The notes beneath the pieces were generated by a model. That model did not search any database, was not told where the DNA came from, and saw nothing but the letters and a program-made list of their open reading frames with translations. The translations under genes and the position numbers were made by a program. Of a DNA stretch of 64,000 nucleotides, positions 21,495 through 31,422 are shown piece by piece; the stretch's first letter is position 1, and every line of letters starts with the position of its first letter. Source of the stretch: Thermoanaerobaculia bacterium. GTDB taxonomy: Bacteria > Acidobacteriota > Thermoanaerobaculia > UBA5066 > Gp7-AA6. The stretch is taken from positions 2,875-66,874 of the forward strand of contig JBHENW010000050.1 of the NCBI GenBank assembly GCA_046261875.1. The letters run 5' to 3'.

Positions 21495-21926
21495 TCAGCG
21501 ACCGCTCTCCGGCGCGCTCGTCGCAAGACCAAGCGCCTGGGCCGCTGCGGCGAGCCGCGTATCGAACGTCACGAGGGCCCCGGCGGAGGCGGACAGCGCA
21601 AGCGCGATGTGAAGTGCATCGGAGGCTCGGAGGACGCCGGGGGATACGAGAAGGAGCTGCTCCGCGCGTCGGTGCGTCGTCCGATCGAGCTCGACCCGTA
21701 TGTATCGATCCTCATCGAGATGCGACACGAGAGTCCTCGACAGGTGAGCGGCCGTCGCTCTTTCCACCGTCCCCTCTCTCAGCCGTCGGGCGAAGGAGGA
21801 GACCGCTTCGGTGACGGCGAGATCGGATACCAGGATGTCCTGGCGCCCCAGGAGCGCCCGCTCCATCGCTTCGCTGTCAGGTTCGGGCAGGTACAGCTTG
21901 ATGAGTGCGCTTGCATCCAGGTAGAG
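21495..21926 (-). CDS. vapC: PIN-domain toxin (VapC-like); start codon uncertain
   Basis: LYLDASALIKLYLPEPDSE...LVSDLAVTE...LVTFD PIN acidic residues. The ORF track starts it far upstream (22103). There is no ATG/GTG/TTG near the expected start just after the antitoxin stop. Confidence 0.55.
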   Translation of the reverse strand, partial: LYLDASALIKLYLPEPDSEAMERALLGRQDILVSDLAVTEAVSSFARRLREGTVERATAAHLSRTLVSHLDEDRYIRVELDRTTHRRAEQLLLVSPGVLRASDALHIALALSASAGALVTFDTRLAAAAQALGLATSAPESGR

Positions 21927-21954
21927 CCACGGGGGAGGTTCCCAGTCCGGGTCC

Positions 21955-22194
21955 TCAGTAGGGGCTATCTTCGCGCTCCTGGATGATGGTCTGAGACAGC
22001 GGCGGATCGAGCCGGGGCATTCGACGGCGGAAAGCCGCGAGGCTCTTGAAGGGTTTGGCTGAGCGGCGCAGCGGCGGCACGAGACGCGCCACCGGCTTTC
22101 CACGGTCCGTGATGGTGACCTCCCGGCCCCTCTTGACCTCTTCGAGGAGCGCGGTCAGGTTCTGACGCGCCTCGCGGATACCCGCGCTCTTCAC
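21955..22194 (-). CDS. Phd/YefM-family antitoxin
   Basis: 79 aa, MKSAGIREARQNLTALLEEVKRGREVTITDRGKPVARLVP. GTG start at 22194. Confidence 0.7.
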   Translation of the reverse strand: MKSAGIREARQNLTALLEEVKRGREVTITDRGKPVARLVPPLRRSAKPFKSLAAFRRRMPRLDPPLSQTIIQEREDSPY

Positions 22195-22246
22195 ACGGAG
22201 ATTGTGCTACATGTAGAACAACGGGTCAAGGGGGGAGGCGCCGGAT

Positions 22247-22732
22247 CTAACGGTGGTGATCGTGGGTGGGCGCGTGGCCGTCCGTCTTGAAGCTGCCCTC
22301 CACGAGCGTCTCGATCTCCGCGTCCGAAGCCCCTCGTCCCTTCAGCTCCGCCGCGACGAGAGCCTCCTTGATGCAGATCCCGCAGCCCGCGGCGTGCTCG
22401 TCGGTGAAGCACGTGAGGAGCGTTTTGTGCTCGAACTTGGGGCTCTCCTGGCACTCGCAGAAGCAGTGGAGGCGGTCGAGGGTGGCCGGGTATTTCCGGG
22501 CGACCTCGTAGGCGCGGGGGACTTCCGCCTCGTAGATGCGCGTGTCGGCGAAGAGCTTCGGGTCGAGCACGACACGCCGCTCGATGCAGGTGGCGCAACC
22601 GTTCTGCGCGGGCCCTTTCGCGCTCTTCGCCGGCGCGTTCCGAGTGCCGGCCGTCTTACCCGAAGAGGCCAGTGCCGCTCCCGCGGCGAGCGCGGCGGCG
22701 ACCAGGATGACGGACAGGTTTCGAGCGCGCAT
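22247..22732 (-). CDS. Secreted PCYCGC-motif domain protein (variant HCFCECQ ... AGCGICIKEA), C-terminal His-rich tail
   Basis: 161 aa from the ATG at 22732. Signal peptide MRARNLSVILVAAALAAGAALASS. Cys motifs recalled as PF13798-like. Confidence 0.5.
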   Translation of the reverse strand: MRARNLSVILVAAALAAGAALASSGKTAGTRNAPAKSAKGPAQNGCATCIERRVVLDPKLFADTRIYEAEVPRAYEVARKYPATLDRLHCFCECQESPKFEHKTLLTCFTDEHAAGCGICIKEALVAAELKGRGASDAEIETLVEGSFKTDGHAPTHDHHR

Positions 22733-22779
22733 GAAGGTCCTCCGGGCCTGGAGAACGGGATCCGGACCGCGGTTGTTCC

Positions 22780-23823
22780 CTATTTCAGCGACTCCATGAT
22801 CCGTTGCAGGGCCTCCCGCCCCGGCCGGAGCTTCTCCTCGCCGATCTGGACGAGCGGCTCGTCGGAGAGCCCGAGGAGGCTCACGAAGTCCTTCTTCTGC
22901 GGCTCGACGTATACGAGGCCCGTGAGGAACTCCTGTTTCTCCTGCGACTCGAGGAGCATCTCCAGAGCGATGCGCTTGTTGGTCGGGTCGTAGTCCGGGC
23001 GCAGCTTCTTGAGGCGGATGTGGGACCCGTCGTGGAGGACGACGTCCTGGGTCGTGCCGGGGTCGTAATCCACCATGATCTCCTCGAAGAACGGCACGAA
23101 TCCGATCTCCTGGATCTGGATCTCGTGGTCCTTGGCCCACTTGTACGACTTCGTCGAGTCCTCGTGGTTGTTGAAGGTCACGCAGGGAGACACGACGTCG
23201 AGCATCGCCGTACCGCGGTGGGCGATCGCGCCCTTGATCAGGGCGAGGAGCTGCTTCATGTCGCCCGAGAAGGAGCGCGCGACGTAGCCGCAGCCCAGCT
23301 CGATCGCCAGGGCGCACAGATCGATCGCGGGCAGGTCGTTCACGACGCCCGTCTTGAGCTTCGATCCCATGTCCGCCGTCGCCGAGAACTGCCCCTTGGT
23401 CAGGCCGTAAACGCCGTTGTTCTCCACGATGTAGAGCATCGGCACGTTACGCCGCAGCAGGTGGACGAACTGGCCGGCGCCGATGGAAGCCGTGTCGCCG
23501 TCGCCGGAGACGCCCAGGTTGAGCAGGAGGGGATTGGCGAGCGCTGCTCCTGTCGCGACGGCCGGCATCCGCCCGTGCACGGCGTTGAACCCGTGCCCTC
23601 GGTCGGCGAAATACGCGGTCGTCTTCGAAGAGCACCCGATGCCGGAGAACTTCGCGACCCGGTGCGGGGGCACGCCCATGTCGTAGAGCGCCTGGGTGAT
23701 CTGTCGCGTGATGACGTCGTGCCCGCAGCCGACGCAGAGCGTGGACTTCAGGCCGCCGTACTCCTTGACGGTCAGGCCGATGCGGTTCGAGAGCGGAGCT
23801 TTCGGCTCGGAGACGGAAGACAT
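22780..23823 (-). CDS. korB: 2-oxoglutarate:ferredoxin oxidoreductase beta subunit (TPP-binding)
   Basis: Start MSSVSEPKAPLS (ATG at 23823). TPP motif GCGHD...GIGCSS...GDGD. Confidence 0.85.
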   Translation of the reverse strand: MSSVSEPKAPLSNRIGLTVKEYGGLKSTLCVGCGHDVITRQITQALYDMGVPPHRVAKFSGIGCSSKTTAYFADRGHGFNAVHGRMPAVATGAALANPLLLNLGVSGDGDTASIGAGQFVHLLRRNVPMLYIVENNGVYGLTKGQFSATADMGSKLKTGVVNDLPAIDLCALAIELGCGYVARSFSGDMKQLLALIKGAIAHRGTAMLDVVSPCVTFNNHEDSTKSYKWAKDHEIQIQEIGFVPFFEEIMVDYDPGTTQDVVLHDGSHIRLKKLRPDYDPTNKRIALEMLLESQEKQEFLTGLVYVEPQKKDFVSLLGLSDEPLVQIGEEKLRPGREALQRIMESLK

Positions 23824-25718
23824 CAGGCCTTCTCCCCGGCTTCGACTCCCTCGACCACGGTCTCCGCGTCGAGGGGAAAGCCGTCGTAGTGACGGATGGA
23901 ACGCAGCTTGCCGGACTCGCTGCCGACTTCCAGGCGGAGCAGGTCGCACATCTGGCCGTCGCGGTTCTGGTCCACGACGTAGACCCGCTCGTGCCCGTGG
24001 ATGAACTCCGCGACATCGGGCGTGAAGGGAAGGGCTCGGAGCCTGAGGTAGTCCGTCGCGACCCCTTTGCGACGGAGGATGTGCCGGGCTTCCTCGACGG
24101 CGAAGTCGGAAGAGCCGTAGGCGATGATCCCCACCGCGGACCCGCGTCCGTTGTCCACGACCGGCGCGGGGACGTACCTCTTCGCGGTCTCGAACTTTCG
24201 CGCGAGCCGCTCCATGTTTTCTTTGTAATCGTCCGGCTTCTCCGAGTACGTCGCCCGGGCCGTGTGCCCGGACCCCCGCGTGAAATAAGCGGCCGCGGGG
24301 TGGTCGATCAGGCCGGGCAGCGTTCGCCAAGGGATCGCGTCGCCGTCCACGTCGGCATAGCGGCCGAACTCACCGAAACGGCGGATGTGCTCCTTGAGCT
24401 CTTCTTCGGTCCGGATCACTTTGCCCCGATCGAAGGGCTTCTCGGGGTAGGGGAAGGGGTCCGACATCCAGTTGTTCATTCCGAGGTCGAGGTCCGACAT
24501 CAGGAAGACCGGGGTCTGGAGCCTATCGGCGAGGTCGAAAGCCTCCTGGGCGAAGAGGTAGCACTCCGTCACGCTCCCGGGGAAGAGCAGGACGTGCCGG
24601 CAGTCGCCGTGCGACAGGTAGTACGTCGAGAGGATGTCCCCCTGCATCGTCCGCGTCGGAAGGCCCGTCGAGGGTCCGACCCGCTGGACGTCCACGATGA
24701 CGGCCGGAACCTCGGCGTAGTAGCCGAGGCCGGTGAACTCCGACATCAGCGAGATGCCGGGGCCGGACGTGGTCGTCATGGCGCGCGCCCCCGCCCATCC
24801 GGCGCCGAGGACCATCCCGGCGGCGGCGAGCTCGTCCTCGGCCTGCACGATCGCGAACGTCGGTTTTCCGGTCTCCGGGTCCATGCGGTATGCGCGGCAG
24901 TAGTCGATCAGGGACTCGGCGAGGGACGAAGAGGGCGTGATCGGGTACCAAGCGACGACCGAGACGCCCCCGAGCATGGCGCCGAGCGCGGCCGCCGCGT
25001 TGCCGTCGATGATGATCTTGCCTTCCGTGCCGTTCATGCGCTCCAGCCGGAACGGATCGGTCTTTTTCAGGTTCTTCTCCGCCCAGTCGTAGCCGCCGCG
25101 GATGGCCGTCCAGTTGATCTCGACGGCCTTCTCTTTCCCCCTGAACTGTCTGACGACCGCCTTGTGGATCTCCTCCATGTCGATGTCCAGGAGCCACGCG
25201 GAGACGCCGACGTAGATCATGTTGACGGCCAGGCGGCGCAGCTTCCCGTCGTGCACGAGCTCCAGCACGAGCTTGGAGAAGGGCACGGGGTAGAGGTGGA
25301 CGTCGGAGCGGACGGCGTCCAGCTTGAGGGTCTCTTCGTAGATGACCGCGGCGCCGGGCGGGACGGAGCGGATGTCCTCCTGCGCCGTTTCGGGATTCAT
25401 GCAGATCAGGACGCCGACGTCGCGCCGGCGGGCGATGAATCCTTCTCGGGACGTCCGGATCGTGAACCAGGTCGGCAGCCCCTGGATGTTGGAAGGGAAC
25501 AGGTTCTTGCCCGAAACCGGGATCCCCATCTGGAAGATGGAGCGCATCAGGATGTTGTTAGAGGACTGGCTGCCGGAGCCGTTGGCGGTCCCGACGTGGA
25601 TGGAAAAGTCGTTGACGACGGGCGGCCGGCCGGCCTCCGCGGGCGCCGTTTGTTCCTCGAGAACTGTGCTCACGAAGCTCCCTCGCAAACGAAAGTCAGG
25701 GACCCGGAATGATAACAA
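23823..25718 (-). CDS. korA: 2-oxoglutarate:ferredoxin oxidoreductase alpha subunit
   Basis: 631 aa. NDFSIHVGTANGSGSQSSNN start region, pyruvate-flavodoxin/ferredoxin oxidoreductase domains. 1-nt overlap with korB. Confidence 0.85.
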   Translation of the reverse strand: MLSFRVPDFRLRGSFVSTVLEEQTAPAEAGRPPVVNDFSIHVGTANGSGSQSSNNILMRSIFQMGIPVSGKNLFPSNIQGLPTWFTIRTSREGFIARRRDVGVLICMNPETAQEDIRSVPPGAAVIYEETLKLDAVRSDVHLYPVPFSKLVLELVHDGKLRRLAVNMIYVGVSAWLLDIDMEEIHKAVVRQFRGKEKAVEINWTAIRGGYDWAEKNLKKTDPFRLERMNGTEGKIIIDGNAAAALGAMLGGVSVVAWYPITPSSSLAESLIDYCRAYRMDPETGKPTFAIVQAEDELAAAGMVLGAGWAGARAMTTTSGPGISLMSEFTGLGYYAEVPAVIVDVQRVGPSTGLPTRTMQGDILSTYYLSHGDCRHVLLFPGSVTECYLFAQEAFDLADRLQTPVFLMSDLDLGMNNWMSDPFPYPEKPFDRGKVIRTEEELKEHIRRFGEFGRYADVDGDAIPWRTLPGLIDHPAAAYFTRGSGHTARATYSEKPDDYKENMERLARKFETAKRYVPAPVVDNGRGSAVGIIAYGSSDFAVEEARHILRRKGVATDYLRLRALPFTPDVAEFIHGHERVYVVDQNRDGQMCDLLRLEVGSESGKLRSIRHYDGFPLDAETVVEGVEAGEKA

Positions 25719-25771
25719 AACGAAGCCGTTTCACGATTTCCGCCCGTTAGAATCCCGCGCCGGAGGACCGC

Positions 25772-27871
25772 ATGAAATCCATCCGACCGCTCCCGGCCGG
25801 CCTCGCGGCCGCCGCGCTCGCCGCCGCCCTCGCCGCGCCGCTGGCGGCGCAGAGCCGCCCGTTCCGATTCAACGACCTCGCGCGTGTGCAGCGCCTCGGC
25901 GCGTTCTCCCTCTCTCCGGATGGCGGCTGGATCGCCTACGGCGTCGGAACGCCGGACGTGCCCGGCAACCGCACGCGCTCGGCGATCTGGCTGGTGTCGG
26001 CTCGAGGGGGGACGCCGCGCAAGCTGACGAGCGGTGAGGCCAGGGACTCGGACCCGGCCTTTTCCCCCGACGGCAAACGCATCGCCTTCCTGTCGAACCG
26101 CGGCGGCTCCTCGCAGATCTACCTCGTGGACGCCGCCGGCGGCGAGGCGGTCCAGGCCACCTCGTTTCCAACGGACGTCAACGGATTCCGGTGGGTTCCG
26201 GACGGGAGCGCATTCCTCATAACGGCCGACGTTTTCCCGGAGTGCTCCGACGCCGGCTGCATCGCGCAGCGGCTCGCGGACCGGGAAAAGAAGACGGTCA
26301 AGGCGCGGGTCGCCGAACGGCTGCTCTTCCGGCACTGGGACTCCTGGAAGGACGGCATGCGCACGCACATCTGGAGAGTCCCGGTCGGAGAAGGCGCGGC
26401 CGTGGAACTCACGCCCGGCGACCGCGACGCGCCGCCGTTCGAGGTGGGCGGGTCGATGGACTTCGCCGTCTCGCGCGACGGCCGGGAGCTCGTCTTCGCC
26501 GCGAACCCGGACGAGGCGGAGGCGCTCTCGACCAACTGGGACCTCTGGATCCGGCCGCTCGACGGCAGCGCCCCCGCCCGCAACCTGACCGAAAGCAACA
26601 AGGCGTTCGACGGGTCCCCCGAGTTCTCTCCCGACGGCCGCTCGGTCGCCTATCGCGCGCAGAAGCGCCCCGGCTTCGAGGCGGACCGCTTCGAGCTCAT
26701 GGTCCTGGACCGGTCCACGGGGCGCAGCCGCTCCCTGACGCCCGGCTTCGATTCCTGGGTGGAGGACATCCAGTGGGCGCCGGACTCGAAGACGCTCTAC
26801 TTCACGACGCACGTGAAGGGCCGCGGCGCGCTATATCGCGTGGAGCTCTCCGGGAGTTCGCCGCAGGAGCTCTGGAACGAAGGGACGATCAGCCAGTTTG
26901 CGATTTCGCCCGACGGCCGCCAGGTGTTTGCCGCGGCGAACTCTCTCGTGCGGCCCGCGGAGATCTATTCGTTCCCTGCCCGCGGCCGCGCGCGGCCGAA
27001 GCCGACTCCCGTCACCCGCGTCAACGACGCGCTGATGGCCGAGTACTCGCTCCGCGTTTCCAGCCGCAACGTGAAGTCCGCCGACGGCAAGGATCTCCAG
27101 GCCTGGGTGGTGAACCCGCCGGACTTCGACCCCGCGAAGAAGTACCCGGCGATTCTCCTCATCCACGGCGGGCCGCAGAGCGCATGGACGGACTCCTGGT
27201 CGTACCGGTGGAACCCGCAGGTCTTCGCGGGCTACGGATACGTGGTCTATGCGGCCAATCCCCGGGGGTCCACCGGGTTCGGGCAGGATTTCATCGACGC
27301 GATCTCCAACGACTGGGGGGGCAAGGTCTACGACGACCTCATGCGGCAGACCGACGATCTCGTGTCTCTCGCGTACGTGGACAAGGAGAAGGTCGGGGCG
27401 GCCGGGGCGTCCTACGGCGGATACATGATCGCATGGATCGCCGGGCACACGGACCGCTTCAAGGCGCTCGTCTGTCACGACGGCATCATCGATACGCTCT
27501 CGATGGGGCTCGAGACGGAAGAGCTCTGGTTCACCACGTGGGACATGGGCGGCCTTCCGTGGACGTCGGAGGGCTACGAGAAGTGGAACCCGATCCGCCA
27601 TGCGAAGAACTTCAAGACCCCGACCCTCGTCATCACAAACGAGAAGGACTACCGCGTCCCCTTCGGACAGGGTTTGCAGTTCTTCACGGCGCTCCAGGTG
27701 CAGAACGTCCCGTCGCGACTGCTGACCTTCCCCGACGAAGGGCACTGGGTATTGAAACCGGGAAACTCGCGGGTCTGGCATGCGTACGTCATGGACTGGT
27801 TCCACCGGTATCTCGGCGGGGCCGACCCGGATCCCGAGGCCCTCGACGCCGTCTACAGCATCACCCGATAG
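25772..27871 (+). CDS. S9-family serine peptidase (prolyl oligopeptidase/acylaminoacyl peptidase-like) with N-terminal beta-propeller
   Basis: 699 aa. Signal peptide, repeated SPDG propeller motifs, catalytic GASYGGYM (GxSxGG) and the C-terminal DEGHW region. Confidence 0.85.
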   Translation: MKSIRPLPAGLAAAALAAALAAPLAAQSRPFRFNDLARVQRLGAFSLSPDGGWIAYGVGTPDVPGNRTRSAIWLVSARGGTPRKLTSGEARDSDPAFSPDGKRIAFLSNRGGSSQIYLVDAAGGEAVQATSFPTDVNGFRWVPDGSAFLITADVFPECSDAGCIAQRLADREKKTVKARVAERLLFRHWDSWKDGMRTHIWRVPVGEGAAVELTPGDRDAPPFEVGGSMDFAVSRDGRELVFAANPDEAEALSTNWDLWIRPLDGSAPARNLTESNKAFDGSPEFSPDGRSVAYRAQKRPGFEADRFELMVLDRSTGRSRSLTPGFDSWVEDIQWAPDSKTLYFTTHVKGRGALYRVELSGSSPQELWNEGTISQFAISPDGRQVFAAANSLVRPAEIYSFPARGRARPKPTPVTRVNDALMAEYSLRVSSRNVKSADGKDLQAWVVNPPDFDPAKKYPAILLIHGGPQSAWTDSWSYRWNPQVFAGYGYVVYAANPRGSTGFGQDFIDAISNDWGGKVYDDLMRQTDDLVSLAYVDKEKVGAAGASYGGYMIAWIAGHTDRFKALVCHDGIIDTLSMGLETEELWFTTWDMGGLPWTSEGYEKWNPIRHAKNFKTPTLVITNEKDYRVPFGQGLQFFTALQVQNVPSRLLTFPDEGHWVLKPGNSRVWHAYVMDWFHRYLGGADPDPEALDAVYSITR

Positions 27872-28059
27872 GGGAATTATGGCGCCTTCTCGCCGTCTTC
27901 TCGTTCGCGGCGCTCTCCGGGATGGCGCAGGCCGCCGCGCACGCGCCCGCCGATCCCGCCTCCGCCGCGCTCCCCAGGGGTTGGGGGACCGCAAGGTGCC
28001 CGCCGAGCTTGCCGGCGGACCGAAGGGCCGCGGGCAAGCGGGGATGGGCCGCCGTTCTT

Positions 28060-29544
28060 TCAGTCCGCAGGAACACAACGGCCGGCGGCCCACGCCCGCA
28101 ACGCGGAAACCTTCTCCGCGCGGACGACCGAGAGGGGGCGAGTGGAGCGCAGCGCCACGAGGATGGCACTGTCGTCCAGGGGCAGATTCGCCGAGCGCGC
28201 CTCGTAGAGGGCGGAGACGATCACCTGCTCGATTTCGGCGCCCGAGAAGCCCTCGGCCGCCGCGGCGAGGGCGTCCAGGTCGAAGCGCGCCGCTTCCTCC
28301 CGCCGCTTGGCCAGATGGAGGCGGAAAATCTCCCGGCGCGCGGCCTCTCCGGGCAGGTCCACGAAGAACACTTCGTCCACGCGGCCCTTCCGCATCATCT
28401 CCGGCGGCAGTTCTTCGACCGAGTTCGCCGTCGCCACGAGGAAGACGCGCGCTTTGCGTTCCTGCATCCACGTCAGGAGGGCTCCCAGAAGCCGCTTGGA
28501 GACCCCGCCGTCGGACTCGGTGGATCGTGTCGAGACGAAGGCTTTTTCGATCTCGTCGATCCAGAGGACGCACGGGGCGATGCGCTCGACACGGCGCAAG
28601 GCATCGCGCAGGTTCCGCTCCGATTCGCCGATGTAGGGCGCGAGCAACCTGCCGGCATCGAGCGACAACAGCGGCAGGCCCCAGGCGGTCGCCACGGCCT
28701 TGGCCGCGAGGCTCTTGCCGCAGCCCTGGACGCCGAGCAGCAGGATGCCGCGCGGCGCGTCCAGGGGGTGCTCTCCCGGGGCCGGCGTGAAGCCGGACTG
28801 GCGCGTCCGAAGCCACCGCTTGAGCCGCTCCAGACCGCCGATCTGATCGAGGCCTTCCGGAGCGGGGATGAATTCGAGCAGGCCGCCTCCCTGCACGAGG
28901 TCCCGTTTCGTCGCGCGGACGCGGTCCCGATCATCGCCGTCCAGGGCACCGTCGTCGAAGTACGCGCGCGCCAGGGCACGCTCCGCTTCGAAGAGGGTCA
29001 GGCCCTGGAGGTCCGACGCGAGTCCTTCGACGTCGTCCTTCGACAGCCGTACGCGCGCCCCGGGGTGGTCCCGCGTGATCCGCCGGACGGTGTCGGTAAT
29101 CAGGGCGTGCAGCTCGGGCGTGCCGGGCAGGTCGAAGGTGAACCGCACCTCGACGTCGTCCAGTTCGGCCTTGGGGGGCAGCCAGGGACCGACGAGGACG
29201 AGAGTCCGCGCCGAGCCCGCGAACTCCTGCGCCGTCTCGCGCAGACCGCGCAGTGCGCCCGGGCTCTCGAGGTGGGCTTGCGGGTCCTTCAGGAGCCAGA
29301 CACCGTCCCCCTTGCACTCGCGGATGTGCCTCAGCGCGATGCTCAGGTCCGCCGTCTTCGAGGCGTCGGCCGGATGGGAGGGGGACAACCCGCTGGCGGC
29401 GCTCCAGGTGGAGACCGGAAGGCTCAGCTCCGACGCGACGCCCCGCAGCAGCGACTCGAAGCGCTTTTCCTCGACGGTCTCGCAGAGCACGAGCGGATGC
29501 CGCGAGCGCAGCAGGAGCGCGAGATCCTTGGCGGGGACGTCCAA
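28060..29544 (-). CDS. AAA+ ATPase with a roughly 240-aa N-terminal domain of unknown function
   Basis: Walker A GVQGCGKSLAAKA, Walker B VLWIDEIEKA and sensor/arginine-finger region in the C-terminal half. Likely TTG start at 29544 (MDVPAKDLALLL...); upstream in-frame sequence is Arg-rich junk. Confidence 0.65.
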   Translation of the reverse strand: MDVPAKDLALLLRSRHPLVLCETVEEKRFESLLRGVASELSLPVSTWSAASGLSPSHPADASKTADLSIALRHIRECKGDGVWLLKDPQAHLESPGALRGLRETAQEFAGSARTLVLVGPWLPPKAELDDVEVRFTFDLPGTPELHALITDTVRRITRDHPGARVRLSKDDVEGLASDLQGLTLFEAERALARAYFDDGALDGDDRDRVRATKRDLVQGGGLLEFIPAPEGLDQIGGLERLKRWLRTRQSGFTPAPGEHPLDAPRGILLLGVQGCGKSLAAKAVATAWGLPLLSLDAGRLLAPYIGESERNLRDALRRVERIAPCVLWIDEIEKAFVSTRSTESDGGVSKRLLGALLTWMQERKARVFLVATANSVEELPPEMMRKGRVDEVFFVDLPGEAARREIFRLHLAKRREEAARFDLDALAAAAEGFSGAEIEQVIVSALYEARSANLPLDDSAILVALRSTRPLSVVRAEKVSALRAWAAGRCVPAD

Positions 29545-29605
29545 TGTGAGAAAAGTGTAACGCCCCAGTCTCCGGCCTGGCGCTTCCCGCGGACTCCGAC
29601 TGTCA

Positions 29606-30130
29606 TCAGGTCGTCGCGGTTGGCCCGGAACTCGACGGCATCGTCCCGGGCACGTCGGTGACGCCGAGGGCCGAGGCCAGCTCGTTGACCGCCGCGGTCT
29701 CAGCCGGGCTGACGAGAGTGCCGCCAATGCCCAGAAACCCACCCTCTTTCGCGGCTTCCGTCGCCGTCTTCGCCAGAACGACCAGCCATCGGCCGTACTC
29801 CGCCGCTTCGGTGGGGGATTTTCGGGCCACGGTGTCCATTGCCCGCCGGCACGCGCCGATGAGCGCTGCACGGGCTTCGGCCGCGGTCTTCGCCCCCTGC
29901 GGCATTTCGGGCTTCGCCTGGCGGGTGCGAAGGGTCTCTACCACCGACCGGATGAGTTCGCTCGACGTCGATTGCGCCGCGGCGGATGCGGCCTTGGCGA
30001 CGGCAAAGGCCTCTTTCACGAGCCCGACGGGACCGCCCATGTCAGAAAGGGTGACGATCGTGGCCGCCGCCATCGGGGCCGCCGTGATGAGTTCCCATTC
30101 TTCGGCCGTGTATTCGCTCTGCTTGGACAT
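29606..30130 (-). CDS. Hypothetical Ala-rich helical protein (174 aa), upstream partner of the AAA+ ATPase
   Basis: ATG at 30130 preceded by AGGAGG 7 nt upstream. MSKQSEYTAEEWELITAAPMAAATIV... Confidence 0.5.
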   Translation of the reverse strand: MSKQSEYTAEEWELITAAPMAAATIVTLSDMGGPVGLVKEAFAVAKAASAAAQSTSSELIRSVVETLRTRQAKPEMPQGAKTAAEARAALIGACRRAMDTVARKSPTEAAEYGRWLVVLAKTATEAAKEGGFLGIGGTLVSPAETAAVNELASALGVTDVPGTMPSSSGPTATT

Positions 30131-30207
30131 GAACATTCCTCCTCTTGCTCTCACCCACTCTGTCATACCGGCGAAAAGAGGATTGACGCGAATCAGAGTC
30201 TCTCGCG

Positions 30208-31323
30208 TCAACGCGCGATCGAGAACTCCGCGCCGATGCCGATCACGATCTGGGGAGAGCCGAGGGCCTTTAAACTGCCCGTTCCCTTCCCGATGTCTCC
30301 GCTGCGCTTGATCGTGATGCGCTCGGTCGGGCGGAGGCCGCGAGAGTCCGTGAGCGTCACCGTCTCTCGCCCGTAGATCGCCCGCAGGAAGAGGCGGGCG
30401 CGCAGCGTGAAGGAGAAGCGCTGACGCACGGCCAGGTCCCAGACGTTCTCATCCGACCGGGATTCGGGGTGGTAACCGTCGTCGAAGCGAACCGTCTCGA
30501 AGCCCAGGACCGCGTGCGAGACGAAGGGGAGCCGGGAACGGTCATGGGCGAAAGAGAGCAGAGCATCGGTTCGGCCGCGGGAGTAGGTCACGGCCGCGGT
30601 GACGGCGCGGAAGCTCGCCGGGGCGTCGAAGTCCCGGGACGCGAAATCCGGCGCGCTCTCCTCGTGGACCTCCAGGTCACCGCCCGCGGCCTCGGCGCCC
30701 AGCCGCACGGTCCACGGCCCCCGGTTCCAGCGCACGTCGAGCTCGCCCCCGAAAAGCGATCCCTCCGCGAAGTGGAAGGCCGCCGCGGTCGTGTTGGCTC
30801 CATCCGTACTGACGTACCGGCCGGCCGCAGCGATCTCCAGCCCGCGCCAGCGGTGCCGCCAGCCCAGCGCCACGTCCGCGCGCTCGGAGGAGAGCGTGCG
30901 CTCTTCGCCGATCTCGAAGTTCTCACCCCCCAGGTTGACCAGGTCCGTGGCCTTGTGGGTTCGCCGGTTCCACGCGATCTCCGCCGAGTCCGTCGGCGAG
31001 ACGCGGTGGCGGTAGAGCGCCCCGACGTTCTCGTACCGTCCGGTGCCCGTGGCGCGGACCCGGCCGGTCACGATCCTAGGCTGCTGCCTCTGCTCGTCGT
31101 GCGACGGCCCGAGAGCGACCCGCAGGCGCCATTCCCGCGCCGGCGTGCCCGCCCCCAGGCCCGCCGCCGGCTGTCGCGCCCCGCGCATCCCGATCGCGAT
31201 GAACTTGGGCGTGACGTCGGAGATGTCCGTCAACTCGGAATCGGGGAGCTCCGCCGTGCGTGCGAAGGTGGCGTACGCGACCGACATTTCTGCCGTCGTC
31301 CCCTCGAGAGGTGCCAGGTCCAT
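30208..31323 (-). CDS. Hypothetical protein with beta-strand-rich amphipathic pattern (possible outer-membrane beta-barrel; no signal peptide in the annotated frame)
   Basis: 371-aa ORF. Alternating hydrophobic patterns (VALGWRHRWRGLEIAAAGRYVS, SFTLRARLFLRAIYGR). Start uncertain. Confidence 0.35.
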   Translation of the reverse strand: MDLAPLEGTTAEMSVAYATFARTAELPDSELTDISDVTPKFIAIGMRGARQPAAGLGAGTPAREWRLRVALGPSHDEQRQQPRIVTGRVRATGTGRYENVGALYRHRVSPTDSAEIAWNRRTHKATDLVNLGGENFEIGEERTLSSERADVALGWRHRWRGLEIAAAGRYVSTDGANTTAAAFHFAEGSLFGGELDVRWNRGPWTVRLGAEAAGGDLEVHEESAPDFASRDFDAPASFRAVTAAVTYSRGRTDALLSFAHDRSRLPFVSHAVLGFETVRFDDGYHPESRSDENVWDLAVRQRFSFTLRARLFLRAIYGRETVTLTDSRGLRPTERITIKRSGDIGKGTGSLKALGSPQIVIGIGAEFSIAR

Positions 31324-31422
31324 CCCCAGGAGGAGACCCGCGCAGAAGACGCACGCGCTGACGAGATCCGTACCCAGCTGTATCTCTCCCGGTGGCGGGC
31401 TCCGTGAGCCGCTTCTACGGGG

